A stretch of DNA of 64,000 bases from Candidatus Aenigmatarchaeota archaeon (GTDB taxonomy: Archaea; Aenigmatarchaeota; Aenigmatarchaeia; GW2011-AR5; JACRAC01). Where the stretch lies: NCBI GenBank assembly GCA_016187395.1, contig JACPJV010000014.1, forward strand, positions 891-64,890. The letters are read 5' to 3'. This document shows positions 44,108-52,973 of this stretch, piece after piece (positions within the stretch are counted from its first letter, which is position 1; each line of letters starts with the position of its first letter). The notes beneath the pieces were generated by a model. The model saw only the letters and a list, made by a program, of their open reading frames with translations. It made no database searches and was not told where the DNA came from. Both the position numbers and the translations under genes were made by a program.

Positions 44108-44167
44108 ATGAAAAAGCAAAAGTGCAGTTGCGGTTCGGGCAGGGAGGCTGATAAGTGCTGCGAGTAG
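44108..44167 (+). CDS. 19-aa SEC-C-motif micropeptide
   Basis: MKKQKCSCGSGREADKCCE matches CxCGSGxKxKxCC; GGGGTGA 6 nt upstream. Confidence 0.3.
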   Translation: MKKQKCSCGSGREADKCCE

Positions 44168-44237
44168 TTTAGTTTTTGTTTTGCTTAATATTGATGTAAT
44201 GTTGCGAAGGTGTATCTCGCAGAGGAAAGCAAAGTAG

Positions 44238-44408
44238 ATGTGGGAAGATATTTGGGGTGCTAATATGTCATGCATAATCTGTGGCAGGTCAACGAGGGAA
44301 AGAATTCTGGGCACAAAGCGCGGCATGACGGTGACCTATTGCAGCGGTCATGCGATAGACTGCTTGGCTGGCGGAGCAACCTGCAGGATGGAAATTCTGC
44401 CTTTTTAA
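44238..44408 (+). CDS. small Cys-rich (zinc-binding) protein
   Basis: CIICG...YCSGH...C...C; 56 aa, or 47 aa from M10. Confidence 0.35.
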   Translation: MWEDIWGANMSCIICGRSTRERILGTKRGMTVTYCSGHAIDCLAGGATCRMEILPF

Positions 44409-44409
44409 T

Positions 44410-44427
44410 TTGTAGCTAGCTACAAAT
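44410..44427. terminator. 18-nt perfect palindrome at a convergent junction
   Basis: TTTGTAGCTAGCTACAAA. Confidence 0.4.
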
Positions 44428-44436
44428 TTTACTGTT

Positions 44437-44886
44437 TTACTTTTGCCTGAACCCTCCCATCCTGTAGATGGAAAATAACATAAGAGCCACGGCTATCAGC
44501 ATGAAAACCGCGCTGTACTGGGTGAGGGCTATGGAGGCGCTCAAAGGCAGGAAAATCGCGGCTATGCCGAGGCATGCAGGGCATACGCCTATGAAAAATC
44601 CTGCGAATGCGCCGAGAGCGCCTGTGCCGAGCTTTTTCTTATCACAGTCTATGCACAGCCTGCGATTGTAGGAATAAAGCGCGATGAAAAGCCCGAATGC
44701 GATGGAAAAGGCTATGTAGAGCGCTATGTTTAGCGGGTATTGCGCTACGGTCAAAAACCAGAGGTCTAAATTTCCTATGCCCTGCCGAAGGCTCTGCAAA
44801 AATGGCAGGAACAGAGCCATGATTATTGCAGCAGCTATAGCCAGAGCCAGATATTTTTTCTGCCTTAATACTGCGGACAGCCTCAT
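44437..44886 (-). CDS. membrane protein with two CxxC motifs (candidate thiol/metal handling component)
   Basis: 4 TM segments; CIDC and CPAC; last gene of the arsR-merA-trx cluster. Confidence 0.5.
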   Translation of the reverse strand: MRLSAVLRQKKYLALAIAAAIIMALFLPFLQSLRQGIGNLDLWFLTVAQYPLNIALYIAFSIAFGLFIALYSYNRRLCIDCDKKKLGTGALGAFAGFFIGVCPACLGIAAIFLPLSASIALTQYSAVFMLIAVALMLFSIYRMGGFRQK

Positions 44887-44896
44887 AGCATCACCC

Positions 44897-45451
44897 TCAG
44901 ATTAATGGGTTTAGCACCTCCTTCGCTCTTTCGTATGCCAGTATCTCCAGATTTTTCCATTTTATAATGCCTTCCTTGTCCAGCACGTATTTCGTGTCAA
45001 GATACTGCACAGCATAATTTTCTGCCATGCCGTTGTCCGGCGCGATATACCAGTCATCGCGGCCAAAGCTCAGCTTCCACTGCCTGAATTTCTCTTCGCC
45101 CTCGCCCGGGTCGACGAAGACGATGAGGACATTAAACGCATTGTCGCCTGTCTCTGCGTCGTATCGTGCAAGGTTTTTTGCCCCAAGCTGGCAGGGAGTG
45201 CACCATGTTGTTGTGAAGAATATGAAAAGAGGCCTGCCTCTCAGGGAATCGCCTGTAAAATCGCCTTGCTCTACATCTTCAAGCTGAAAGGGGGGCGCTG
45301 AAAATCCCCTTTCAAGCCCTGTTTCCCTGCTTACATCTTCTGTCGCGTAACCTGTACTTCCAGTCTGCGACTGGCCGATGCAGCCGGCGACAAAGACGAG
45401 GGAAAGCAATAAAATAACAGGACCTTTTTTCATAGCGGTTTTCCCTTTCAT
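44897..45451 (-). CDS. thioredoxin-fold lipoprotein (TlpA/ResA-like)
   Basis: Lipobox-like VAGC, redox motif WCTPC. Confidence 0.75.
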   Translation of the reverse strand: MKGKTAMKKGPVILLLSLVFVAGCIGQSQTGSTGYATEDVSRETGLERGFSAPPFQLEDVEQGDFTGDSLRGRPLFIFFTTTWCTPCQLGAKNLARYDAETGDNAFNVLIVFVDPGEGEEKFRQWKLSFGRDDWYIAPDNGMAENYAVQYLDTKYVLDKEGIIKWKNLEILAYERAKEVLNPLI

Positions 45452-45505
45452 TTATCCACCAAGCATTACACTATTTGTAAGGGTTATATTTAAATTCCTC
45501 ATAAT

Positions 45506-46948
45506 TCACTCCGTGCAGCAGCTCATTTTGCTCACGTCTTTATAAAATGACTGTGCAGCGAGCTTGACTGATTCCGACAGGGTTGGAAACACATGCACTG
45601 TGTCGATGATGTCATCTATAGCTAATTTGAATTTTACGGCAAGCGTGCCTTCATGAATAATGTCCGCTGCATGGGGGGCGAGTATGTGCACTCCAACTAT
45701 GCGCTTTGTCTGATTATCAGTTACTATTTTCACAAGTCCTCTTGTGTCGCCGATAATATGAGCCTTCGGGACAAAGGACAGCGGAAGCGTTCTGCAGCTG
45801 CATCTGATGCCTTTGCTTATTGCCTGTGCATCGGTAAGGCCGACGCTTGCGACCTCGGGATAAGTGAATACCGCGCGAGGCACTTCGCTGAAGTTGATTT
45901 TCTTCCGTGCTTTGCCAAAGGCGTTCTCGACAGCAACAGCCCCCTCCTTTGCAGCAATCGTCTCGAGCATGGGCTCGCCTATGACGTCGCCTGCAGCAAA
46001 AACATGAGAGGCAGAAGTCTGCATCTCGCTGTTGACTTTAACAAAGCCTTTCTCGTCGAGCTTCACGTCGGCTTTGTCTAAATGTAATCCGTCTGTATTC
46101 GGTTTCCTGCCTGTTGCAAAAAGTATATGGTCGGCTTCTATTTCCTTTGCACTGCCTTTGACAGAGAAATTTACTGTTTTTTTGCTTCCGGATTTTTTTA
46201 CAAAATTGATGTTCATGCCTGTATAGATTTTGATGCCTTCTTCCTCCAGATACTGCCTGAGCGCGTCGGATATTTCAGGCTCCTCCTCTGGTATGACTCT
46301 TTCGCTTCTCTGCAGCACTGTGACCTTTGTGCCGAAATGGGAGAACATCTGGGCGAATTCCAGGCCAAGCGCTCGGCCGCCGACCACGCACAGCGATTCA
46401 GGAAGCTCCTTTAAGTCCAGCGCTTCCTCGTTTGTCAGATAATTAATTTCATCAAGCCCTTTCACAGGTATGATATTAGATCTTGCACCAACCGCAACTA
46501 TAAATTTACCGCCCTCTATTTTCTTTCCATCAACTTCAACTGAATTTTTAGAAACAAATCTTCCCCTGCCTTCTATATACGTCACGTTCTCAAGGTTTTC
46601 AATAAGGTCAGCATACTTCTCTTTCCTGAACTTCGCGACAAGCCTGTCCTTCTGCTCAATGGCTTTTCTGAAGTTAAGAGCGCCTTTCTCGTACTTTATC
46701 CCCTCAAAAGAGTTGTTCGCAGCATAGTGGAAAACATTTGCCACTGTGATGAGATTCTTGCTCGGCAGGCAGCCGACATTCACGCAGGTGCCGCCGATGA
46801 CAGTTCCGGGCGTTGCGTTGCCGCCTATCATCGCGGTCTTTATGCCCAGCTCATTTGCCTTTATCGCTGCGGCGAATGCAGCAGCGCCCTGGCCAAGGAT
46901 TATCAGGTCGTATTTTGTCTCCATATCCTCACCGTCTTTATATTTCAT
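45506..46948 (-). CDS. merA: mercuric reductase-like pyridine nucleotide-disulfide oxidoreductase
   Basis: GGTCVNVGCLPSK redox disulfide, FAD and NAD GxGxxG folds, C-terminal Cys pair (SCCTE); ATGA overlap with arsR when started at 46948. Confidence 0.75.
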   Translation of the reverse strand: MKYKDGEDMETKYDLIILGQGAAAFAAAIKANELGIKTAMIGGNATPGTVIGGTCVNVGCLPSKNLITVANVFHYAANNSFEGIKYEKGALNFRKAIEQKDRLVAKFRKEKYADLIENLENVTYIEGRGRFVSKNSVEVDGKKIEGGKFIVAVGARSNIIPVKGLDEINYLTNEEALDLKELPESLCVVGGRALGLEFAQMFSHFGTKVTVLQRSERVIPEEEPEISDALRQYLEEEGIKIYTGMNINFVKKSGSKKTVNFSVKGSAKEIEADHILFATGRKPNTDGLHLDKADVKLDEKGFVKVNSEMQTSASHVFAAGDVIGEPMLETIAAKEGAVAVENAFGKARKKINFSEVPRAVFTYPEVASVGLTDAQAISKGIRCSCRTLPLSFVPKAHIIGDTRGLVKIVTDNQTKRIVGVHILAPHAADIIHEGTLAVKFKLAIDDIIDTVHVFPTLSESVKLAAQSFYKDVSKMSCCTE

Positions 46949-47253
46949 TTCAACACACCGCATTCCTTCAGATGCTTATGGTATTTTTTTATGTGCCTGT
47001 CCATGAGCCTTAGCATGGGCAGGATGGTTTTTCTGTTAAGCGAATATATGCGCTGCTTGCCTTTCCTGTTAACTTCCACGAAACCGCATTCTGCAAGGCA
47101 GGCAAGATTATGCGACACGCGCGACTGCTCGAAGCCGAGGCTGTTGCTAATATCGGAAACGCTTGCACCTTTTTTGCTGAGATGCTTTATTATATCGAGC
47201 CTGGTTTTACTGGAAAAGGCCCTTATGAACAATTTATATGATATATCTGACAT
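46945..47253 (-). CDS. ArsR/SmtB-family transcriptional regulator
   Basis: VSDISNSLGFEQSRVSHNLACLAECGFV wHTH. Confidence 0.85.
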   Translation of the reverse strand: MSDISYKLFIRAFSSKTRLDIIKHLSKKGASVSDISNSLGFEQSRVSHNLACLAECGFVEVNRKGKQRIYSLNRKTILPMLRLMDRHIKKYHKHLKECGVLK

Positions 47254-47368
47254 ATGATAACATGGTCATATGTATTTAAATAGTTATCTGCTCGGGTTGT
47301 TAAACGTAACGCTTAAATATATGATAGTTCTATCATATGATTATGTCATCATTTAATGGGATGGTTTT

Positions 47369-47602
47369 ATGGTTGAGGTAAATGTATATTCCACGACATG
47401 GTGCCCGTGGTGCAAAAAGGCGAAGGAATATCTAAAGGAAAATGAAATTCCTTTCAAGGATATTAATGTCGAGAATGACTCTGCGGCAGCAGAGGAGATG
47501 GTAAAGAAGAGCGGCCAGAGCGGCGTGCCTGTTATAGACATAGACGGAAAAATTATTATCGGTTTCGACAAGGAAGCTATCAGGAAAGCATTGAAGTTAT
47601 AA
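47369..47602 (+). CDS. glutaredoxin/NrdH-like small redoxin
   Basis: 77 aa, CPWC active site. Confidence 0.85.
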   Translation: MVEVNVYSTTWCPWCKKAKEYLKENEIPFKDINVENDSAAAEEMVKKSGQSGVPVIDIDGKIIIGFDKEAIRKALKL

Positions 47603-47614
47603 TCGGGGGTTAGC

Positions 47615-48223
47615 ATGAGCGACAGAATGTCTTTGTTTTGCCTGAACAGGGAGGATTACATAAAAACAGTGAGCAGAATCGTGAGGGAACAGATTGAGGC
47701 GGTAGGCGAGGACCCTGACAGGGAGGGTCTGAGGGATACTCCGGAGAGGGTTGCAAAGCTTCTCAGGGAATCCCTGAGAGGTTACTGCGCCGAAGAGGAG
47801 CCAAAGGTCACGATGTTCGAGAACAGGGAAAATTATGACGAGATGATTTTCGACGAGGGATATTTTTATTCGTATTGCGAGCATCATATGGTTCCGTTTT
47901 TCGGCAAGGCGTTTGTCGCGTATATCCCTGACAGGAAGATAATAGGCATATCGAAATTGTCGCGCATCGTGGACCATTTTGCGGCACGGCTGCAAATACA
48001 GGAAAGGCTGACCAAGCAGATAGCGGAATTTCTGCAGGAAAAACTTGAGCCGAAAGGGGTTGCTGTAACGCTTCACGCAAGGCATTTGTGCAGGGAGATG
48101 CGCGGGGTAAAGAAATACAATTCAAAGATGACTACCACAGAGGTTCTGAGCGCGTTCAGGACAAACCCGCTGACAAGGCAGGAATTCATGAATCTTGTCC
48201 AGAACAGGCTGAACGGTGATTAA
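47615..48223 (+). CDS. folE: GTP cyclohydrolase I
   Basis: CEHHMVPF zinc/active-site block, QIQERLT. Confidence 0.9.
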   Translation: MSDRMSLFCLNREDYIKTVSRIVREQIEAVGEDPDREGLRDTPERVAKLLRESLRGYCAEEEPKVTMFENRENYDEMIFDEGYFYSYCEHHMVPFFGKAFVAYIPDRKIIGISKLSRIVDHFAARLQIQERLTKQIAEFLQEKLEPKGVAVTLHARHLCREMRGVKKYNSKMTTTEVLSAFRTNPLTRQEFMNLVQNRLNGD

Positions 48224-49157
48224 GATGAAAGATAAAATTGTTTTGAAGGGGTTCACAGAACCAAACGTTCCAATAGAAGAAATGGAAAGGTTCTGCAAAA
48301 TAGAACCGGAAATGATTCCCTTTAACAGGCCATATGTCTGGTACATGTTTGTAGATACGATGGACGGCAGGGGGAGCTTCCTGCAGAAGGGAAAGGCAGG
48401 GGGCTATCACGTGGCGCTGGGGCATTTCAGGGAGGACACGGGGCTTGCCGCCAGATATCCTGATATCGCTGCAGGCGCGCTTGCAGACTGGCGCCTGCTG
48501 CAATATGGCTGGGTTGTGGCTGACGCAATCATGGCAGCTTCGGGCATCCTGAACAACGAGCCTGGCAACGAATGGAGGGTTGTTGACAGGGACCTTATAG
48601 ATTACAGGCAGAGTCTTGGCAAAAAGCCTGCAATCCGCGTGCTTGTCACAGGAAGCGGAAGCCTTGATGTTGGCGAGAAGGTTTTTTCGCCGCAGAAGGA
48701 ATATGAAACAATTGTTTTCACTGCCAGCGAAGGCGAAAATGTTCTCAAAAGAAAGGCTGAGGAGGCGACGGGCAGGCTGGGTTATAATCCGCTGGACAGC
48801 AATGTGAGGATCTATAGCCTTGGCGAGGGAAGGGATATAACAGATTTTGCGAGGATGATGGAAATACTCAGGAAAACCCATGGCGTGCAGTTGCTGGACC
48901 TGCAGGGCGGTCCGACCCTGGCAGGGCTTCTTGCCGCGCAAAAGCTCATAGACGAGTACAGGCTGACAAAGGCGCCGCACATCATAGGCGACAGATATTA
49001 TAACGGCGGGAAGGCAAGGGAGAGGCCTACAGCATTCACATTTTCTGAAGGCGTCTCGTTCGGTCCTGACAATTCTATCCTCACTCCATCTCTGGCAGAA
49101 GACAGGCAGGTGGGCGGTCATACCTTTATAAGAAGAAAGATGGTTTACAGGCACTGA
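48216..49157 (+). CDS. RibD C-terminal-domain / DHFR-like reductase
   Basis: VDTMDGRGS and LLDLQGGPTLAGLL...DEYRLTKAPHIIG blocks; 8-nt overlap with folE. Confidence 0.5.
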   Translation: MIKMKDKIVLKGFTEPNVPIEEMERFCKIEPEMIPFNRPYVWYMFVDTMDGRGSFLQKGKAGGYHVALGHFREDTGLAARYPDIAAGALADWRLLQYGWVVADAIMAASGILNNEPGNEWRVVDRDLIDYRQSLGKKPAIRVLVTGSGSLDVGEKVFSPQKEYETIVFTASEGENVLKRKAEEATGRLGYNPLDSNVRIYSLGEGRDITDFARMMEILRKTHGVQLLDLQGGPTLAGLLAAQKLIDEYRLTKAPHIIGDRYYNGGKARERPTAFTFSEGVSFGPDNSILTPSLAEDRQVGGHTFIRRKMVYRH

Positions 49158-49175
49158 CGATAATGGGGTGGTTCT

Positions 49176-49529
49176 ATGCCTGAATTATTCGTGAGCAAGG
49201 AATTCGACTTTTCAGCAACGGCAACGCTGAGAATAGCAGGGGAAGAAGGCATTCTGCAGGGGCACAACTATGAGCTGAGAGTCACTGTGAAGGGCGCTCC
49301 TGATGAAAGCGGGCTCGTTGTTCATACCTCGGATCTTGGAGAAATAGTGCAGGACAGCGTAATCAGGGAACTGGACAAGAAAACCCTCAATGACATTGTC
49401 CCAAATCCGACCATGGAGAATATAGCGATATGGATATGGGAACATCTCAAGCACAGGGTCAAAGGGCTGCACGAGGTCAGGGTGTGGGAAAACCGGAAGA
49501 AAGGCAATTGCGCTATATACAGGGGTTAG
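49176..49529 (+). CDS. queD: 6-carboxytetrahydropterin / 6-pyruvoyl-tetrahydropterin synthase family
   Basis: GHNYELRVTV, 117 aa. Confidence 0.85.
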   Translation: MPELFVSKEFDFSATATLRIAGEEGILQGHNYELRVTVKGAPDESGLVVHTSDLGEIVQDSVIRELDKKTLNDIVPNPTMENIAIWIWEHLKHRVKGLHEVRVWENRKKGNCAIYRG

Positions 49530-49530
49530 C

Positions 49531-49968
49531 ATGAAAAATCATTTTGTTGCGAACTGCTACGGTATTCGGAGGGGCAAGGTGCTTCTCGGATTTCACAAAA
49601 AAGAGGGAAAATGGCTGCCGCTCGGAGGGCATATAAAATCCGGCGAGACTCCTGAAGAAGCTGTGCGAAGGGAGTTCAGGGAAGAAAGCGGTCTGCAGGT
49701 TGAATTTCTAACAGGGAAAGAATATTCCTCGGGAAAAATAAAATCCCTCCACCAGCCGCAGAAAATGAATCTTGTGTGCATGGGCGACCATCCTTTGCAT
49801 ATAAACCTTATTTATTTTTGCAGGGTGAAAAAAGGCGGGGAGAAAATCTCGGAAAGGGAGCACAGAAAACTGAGGTGGTTTTCCAAGGGCGATATAGAAA
49901 AAGAGAGACTAGATGCGGATGTAAGGCTTTATGCGAAAGAAGCCATTGGTTTTGTCAGCAAGGCATGA
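49531..49968 (+). CDS. Nudix hydrolase
   Basis: Nudix box GGHIKSGETPEEAVRREFREESGL. Confidence 0.85.
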   Translation: MKNHFVANCYGIRRGKVLLGFHKKEGKWLPLGGHIKSGETPEEAVRREFREESGLQVEFLTGKEYSSGKIKSLHQPQKMNLVCMGDHPLHINLIYFCRVKKGGEKISEREHRKLRWFSKGDIEKERLDADVRLYAKEAIGFVSKA

Positions 49969-50036
49969 TGCCATTGTCAAAGAACTCAGCAAGAACAGCA
50001 GGAAACCATACAAATGCAAATCCTGCAGCTTTGGAA

Positions 50037-51176
50037 TCACGCATACAATTCTGTATCCGGATGGAAATTAAGCCAGGCGAACCACATGGAGCTTTCATGG
50101 GAGATTTGCTCGAGCTGCGTGCCGCTTTCCAAATTAATGCCGTCAAAGGACCATTCCTCTCCGTGGTTGTCAAGCAGTTTTCCGCTGGTGTAAGAGAACT
50201 CGAGGGTTTCGCCTGCTATGCTGCGGCTGAATATGCGGACAGGGTTAAGCTCGAAGCCTTCGCCTACGTCTATGGCAGGGTTGACGACAATCAGGAGAGG
50301 TGTCTCTTCAAAAATATCGTTAACTGCAACTGCATTCGCAACTGCTTTCACAGAATAGGCTTTTGCTTTGCCATTTATCACTATTCCCGCTACCATTGCC
50401 TTTGGATGCAGGCGTGTGTCGCTAAAGGAAACGCCGAAGCCAACGTTTTCGCTTGTATAATAATCACCATAGGGGTCTGTGCCATAGGAGCGGGAAAATC
50501 CTGTGTCGCGCGAAAGGACTTTGGTTTCCGGATGGAGCTTTTTCCAGTCTGCAAAGGTCATGGTTTCAATAGGCAATATTTTCAGTTTTGTGCCTGTTAG
50601 TTCTCCGACAATGGCGCGGCCGCCGACCTGTGTCCAGTAGCTGTCTGTTTTTTCATCATACATGACAAGGTTGCTGCTGTATAATTTTCCTGACGTGCCG
50701 AATCTTACTGCCTCTCCATTAATTGTGCGGTCAAAGGCGATGCCTGTGCCGCAGAGCGGGCAGTACGTGACTAAGACAGGCATGTCGCCGAAGAAATCAT
50801 TGACAATCTCGTGCCAGACCAGAATCTGCTTGGGGTAGGCGCGCGCCTCGCTGTTCAGGGACATGCCAAAGATGATATCGTCGTCGGCGAGCCATGTTGC
50901 CTCTTCGACCGAAATGAACTCTGGCTCTGCGATGGCTGGTATACCTCTGTCTATACCTATGCCGCCTTTTGGCGGACCTCCTGAAAGAAGTTCATCGGGG
51001 TGCACGAGGTATTTTGTGCCGTCCGGCAGGGTTTTGATTTCTGCATTTGCAAAGCTGCTTTCTCTGAAAGTGCTGGACTGGAAGTAAAGGGCGGCGCCTG
51101 CTATTAGCAATACAAATACCACGATTACAACGGCTCCTATGACGAGCTGATTCTGTTGTTTTTTCTTGAGTGCCAT
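50037..51176 (-). CDS. DUF3179-family membrane-anchored protein
   Basis: N-terminal TM; VTYCPLCGTG block. Confidence 0.65.
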   Translation of the reverse strand: MALKKKQQNQLVIGAVVIVVFVLLIAGAALYFQSSTFRESSFANAEIKTLPDGTKYLVHPDELLSGGPPKGGIGIDRGIPAIAEPEFISVEEATWLADDDIIFGMSLNSEARAYPKQILVWHEIVNDFFGDMPVLVTYCPLCGTGIAFDRTINGEAVRFGTSGKLYSSNLVMYDEKTDSYWTQVGGRAIVGELTGTKLKILPIETMTFADWKKLHPETKVLSRDTGFSRSYGTDPYGDYYTSENVGFGVSFSDTRLHPKAMVAGIVINGKAKAYSVKAVANAVAVNDIFEETPLLIVVNPAIDVGEGFELNPVRIFSRSIAGETLEFSYTSGKLLDNHGEEWSFDGINLESGTQLEQISHESSMWFAWLNFHPDTELYA

Positions 51177-51225
51177 GAAAAGAATTTGTCCTGGGATAAT
51201 TAAAGATGATATTTAAATCGGTGGA

Positions 51226-51777
51226 ATGCAATCCATAAGCATGAGGCTGTATCTTCTGGTGGTTTTGTCTTTTGCTGTCTTTACAGCAGGGTGTATAGGG
51301 CAATCGCAGCAGGCGTCTAGTGAAGGTGCAACTGCAAGCGACTGGCATGACCTTCCTCTGAAGGATGTGCGGACTGGCGAGACTTTTAAAATAAGTGATT
51401 TCCGCGACAAGCCTGTGTTATTAGAAAGCTTTGCGGTGTGGTGCCCTGTGTGTCTTGAACAACAAAGACAAATAGCTGAGATGCGTGCGCTGGAGGAAAA
51501 TGGCAACATAGTGCATGTTTCTTTAGACACTGACCAGAACGAGGATGAGGCACGGGTGAGAGAGCATCTACAAAGGTACGGATTTGACTGGTATTTTGCA
51601 GTGCCGCCACAGGAATTTACAGATGCACTGAGAGCGCAATATGGTCTGACGATTGTGCATGCGCCGAGCGCACCGATGGTGCTTGTGTGCGAGGATGGCT
51701 CTACCAGATTTTTGCGTACGGGCGTCAAGCCGCCTGAAGAATTGTTCAGCGAGGTGGAGAAGGGGTGCAATCTATGA
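51226..51777 (+). CDS. thioredoxin-fold lipoprotein
   Basis: Lipobox-like TAGC; WCPVC redox motif. Confidence 0.7.
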   Translation: MQSISMRLYLLVVLSFAVFTAGCIGQSQQASSEGATASDWHDLPLKDVRTGETFKISDFRDKPVLLESFAVWCPVCLEQQRQIAEMRALEENGNIVHVSLDTDQNEDEARVREHLQRYGFDWYFAVPPQEFTDALRAQYGLTIVHAPSAPMVLVCEDGSTRFLRTGVKPPEELFSEVEKGCNL

Positions 51778-51861
51778 AATAGCTGATGGGATGAAATCTG
51801 AATTTATCCGATACTTTGACTTTAACCATCATTTTAATCCCTTCCCATCCCTGATTTCAGC

Positions 51862-52548
51862 ATGGTACTGAATATTCTGGCTGACATCTCGACGGCATTT
51901 ATTTTAGGGCTACTCACGCCGCTCACGGCGGCGTGCGTGCTGCCGCTGTACCCGGGATTTTTGTCGTATCTGGCGTCGCTGGGGGCAGACAGGGGACAAA
52001 AGCATAGCATAGCTTTTTTCGGCATTATGATTACGGCTGGCGTTATTATCTTCATGTTCCTGCTCGGACTGCTGTTCACGACTATATTCCAAGTTTCCTT
52101 AACGAATGTGATAGGAATAATTTCGCCGATTGCGTTTGGCATACTTGCAGTAATCAGCCTGCTGCTGATTTTTGACATCGATATGGGTAGGTTTTTTCCA
52201 AAGGCGCATGCGCCTCTTTCGAAAAGCCCTGTGCGGAGCTCGCTGCTCTACGGCTTCTTCTTCGGCGCGATAGTGGTGCCGTGCAACCCGCTGTTTATAG
52301 CTGCGCTGTTTGTGAGGGCTGCCTCAACAATGGGCTTTATTGGAAATATTTTTGCATTTTTGTTCTTCGGGATAGGTATTGCATTTCCCCTTCTTGCGTT
52401 TTCTCTAATCTCTACGACAAAAAGCGGCGCTGTTATTTCGTTTCTGCTGAGGCACAAGAGGAAGATAAATGGCGGTGCGGGAATAATTATGCTTGTTGTT
52501 TCAATCTATTATCTGGTGTTTGTGTTCAGGGTATTGGGCATTGTTTGA
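51862..52548 (+). CDS. ccdA: cytochrome c biogenesis/thiol-disulfide transporter CcdA (DsbD core)
   Basis: 6 TM; CVLPLYPG and VPCNP motifs. Confidence 0.8.
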   Translation: MVLNILADISTAFILGLLTPLTAACVLPLYPGFLSYLASLGADRGQKHSIAFFGIMITAGVIIFMFLLGLLFTTIFQVSLTNVIGIISPIAFGILAVISLLLIFDIDMGRFFPKAHAPLSKSPVRSSLLYGFFFGAIVVPCNPLFIAALFVRAASTMGFIGNIFAFLFFGIGIAFPLLAFSLISTTKSGAVISFLLRHKRKINGGAGIIMLVVSIYYLVFVFRVLGIV

Positions 52549-52551
52549 TTA

Positions 52552-52851
52552 TTAGTTATGACTGTGCGGGTTTTCAAGATCTACGACGTGAGTACTGATT
52601 TCTACTTCTTTGTACATTCTCAGACTTCTTAATTTATTTGCAAGAGCCCTGCAAAATTCCGGAGAGTCAGAGGCGTATTCAAAAATTCCATCGCCGGGCA
52701 AACTTCTAAGATCGTATCCAACTACGTTAGCTCCCATTTCTTCGGCAAGCTTCCTCACAACCCTATCTGCGGCTCTGTAGTATTCTTCATTTCCTTCTTC
52801 CGGAGGTATGTCTCCGCGAACAATCACGACGTTCCTCTTATGGTGTTTCAT
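52552..52851 (-). CDS. hypothetical protein
   Basis: Start moved to M28 (52851); the upstream 81 nt of the track ORF overlap a structured repeat. Confidence 0.45.
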   Translation of the reverse strand: MKHHKRNVVIVRGDIPPEEGNEEYYRAADRVVRKLAEEMGANVVGYDLRSLPGDGIFEYASDSPEFCRALANKLRSLRMYKEVEISTHVVDLENPHSHN

Positions 52852-52857
52852 AGATGA

Positions 52858-52973
52858 TGAAGACCGATACTCCGCCGCCTGAAGGCGGTGGTTTCGCAAG
52901 GTCTTCAGCATCGCGGAAACCTCCTGTATCATATCCTCTGCCTGAAGGCAGAGGTTTTATGGGGAGGTTTCCG
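52858..52973 (+). ncRNA. two-hairpin structured element, copy 1
   Basis: GAAGACC...GGTCTTC enclosing CCGCCGCC-TGAA-GGCGGTGG, then CGGAAACCTCC...GGAGGTTTCCG enclosing CCTCTGCC-TGAA-GGCAGAGG. G.U pairs favour the plus strand. Confidence 0.5.

Noticed and set aside
44075-44326. Minus-strand ORF of 83 aa
   Set aside because: It overlaps two plus-strand Cys-motif ORFs that have ribosome-binding sites. Its translation has no features.
52853-52882. Box C/D sRNA (ATGATGA at 52853-52859 and CTGA at 52878-52881 and 52942-52945)
   Set aside because: The spacing does not fit the 12-nt guide design: C to D' is 18 nt. There is no C' box and no terminal C/D kink-turn pairing. The CTGA motifs are simply hairpin loop sequences.
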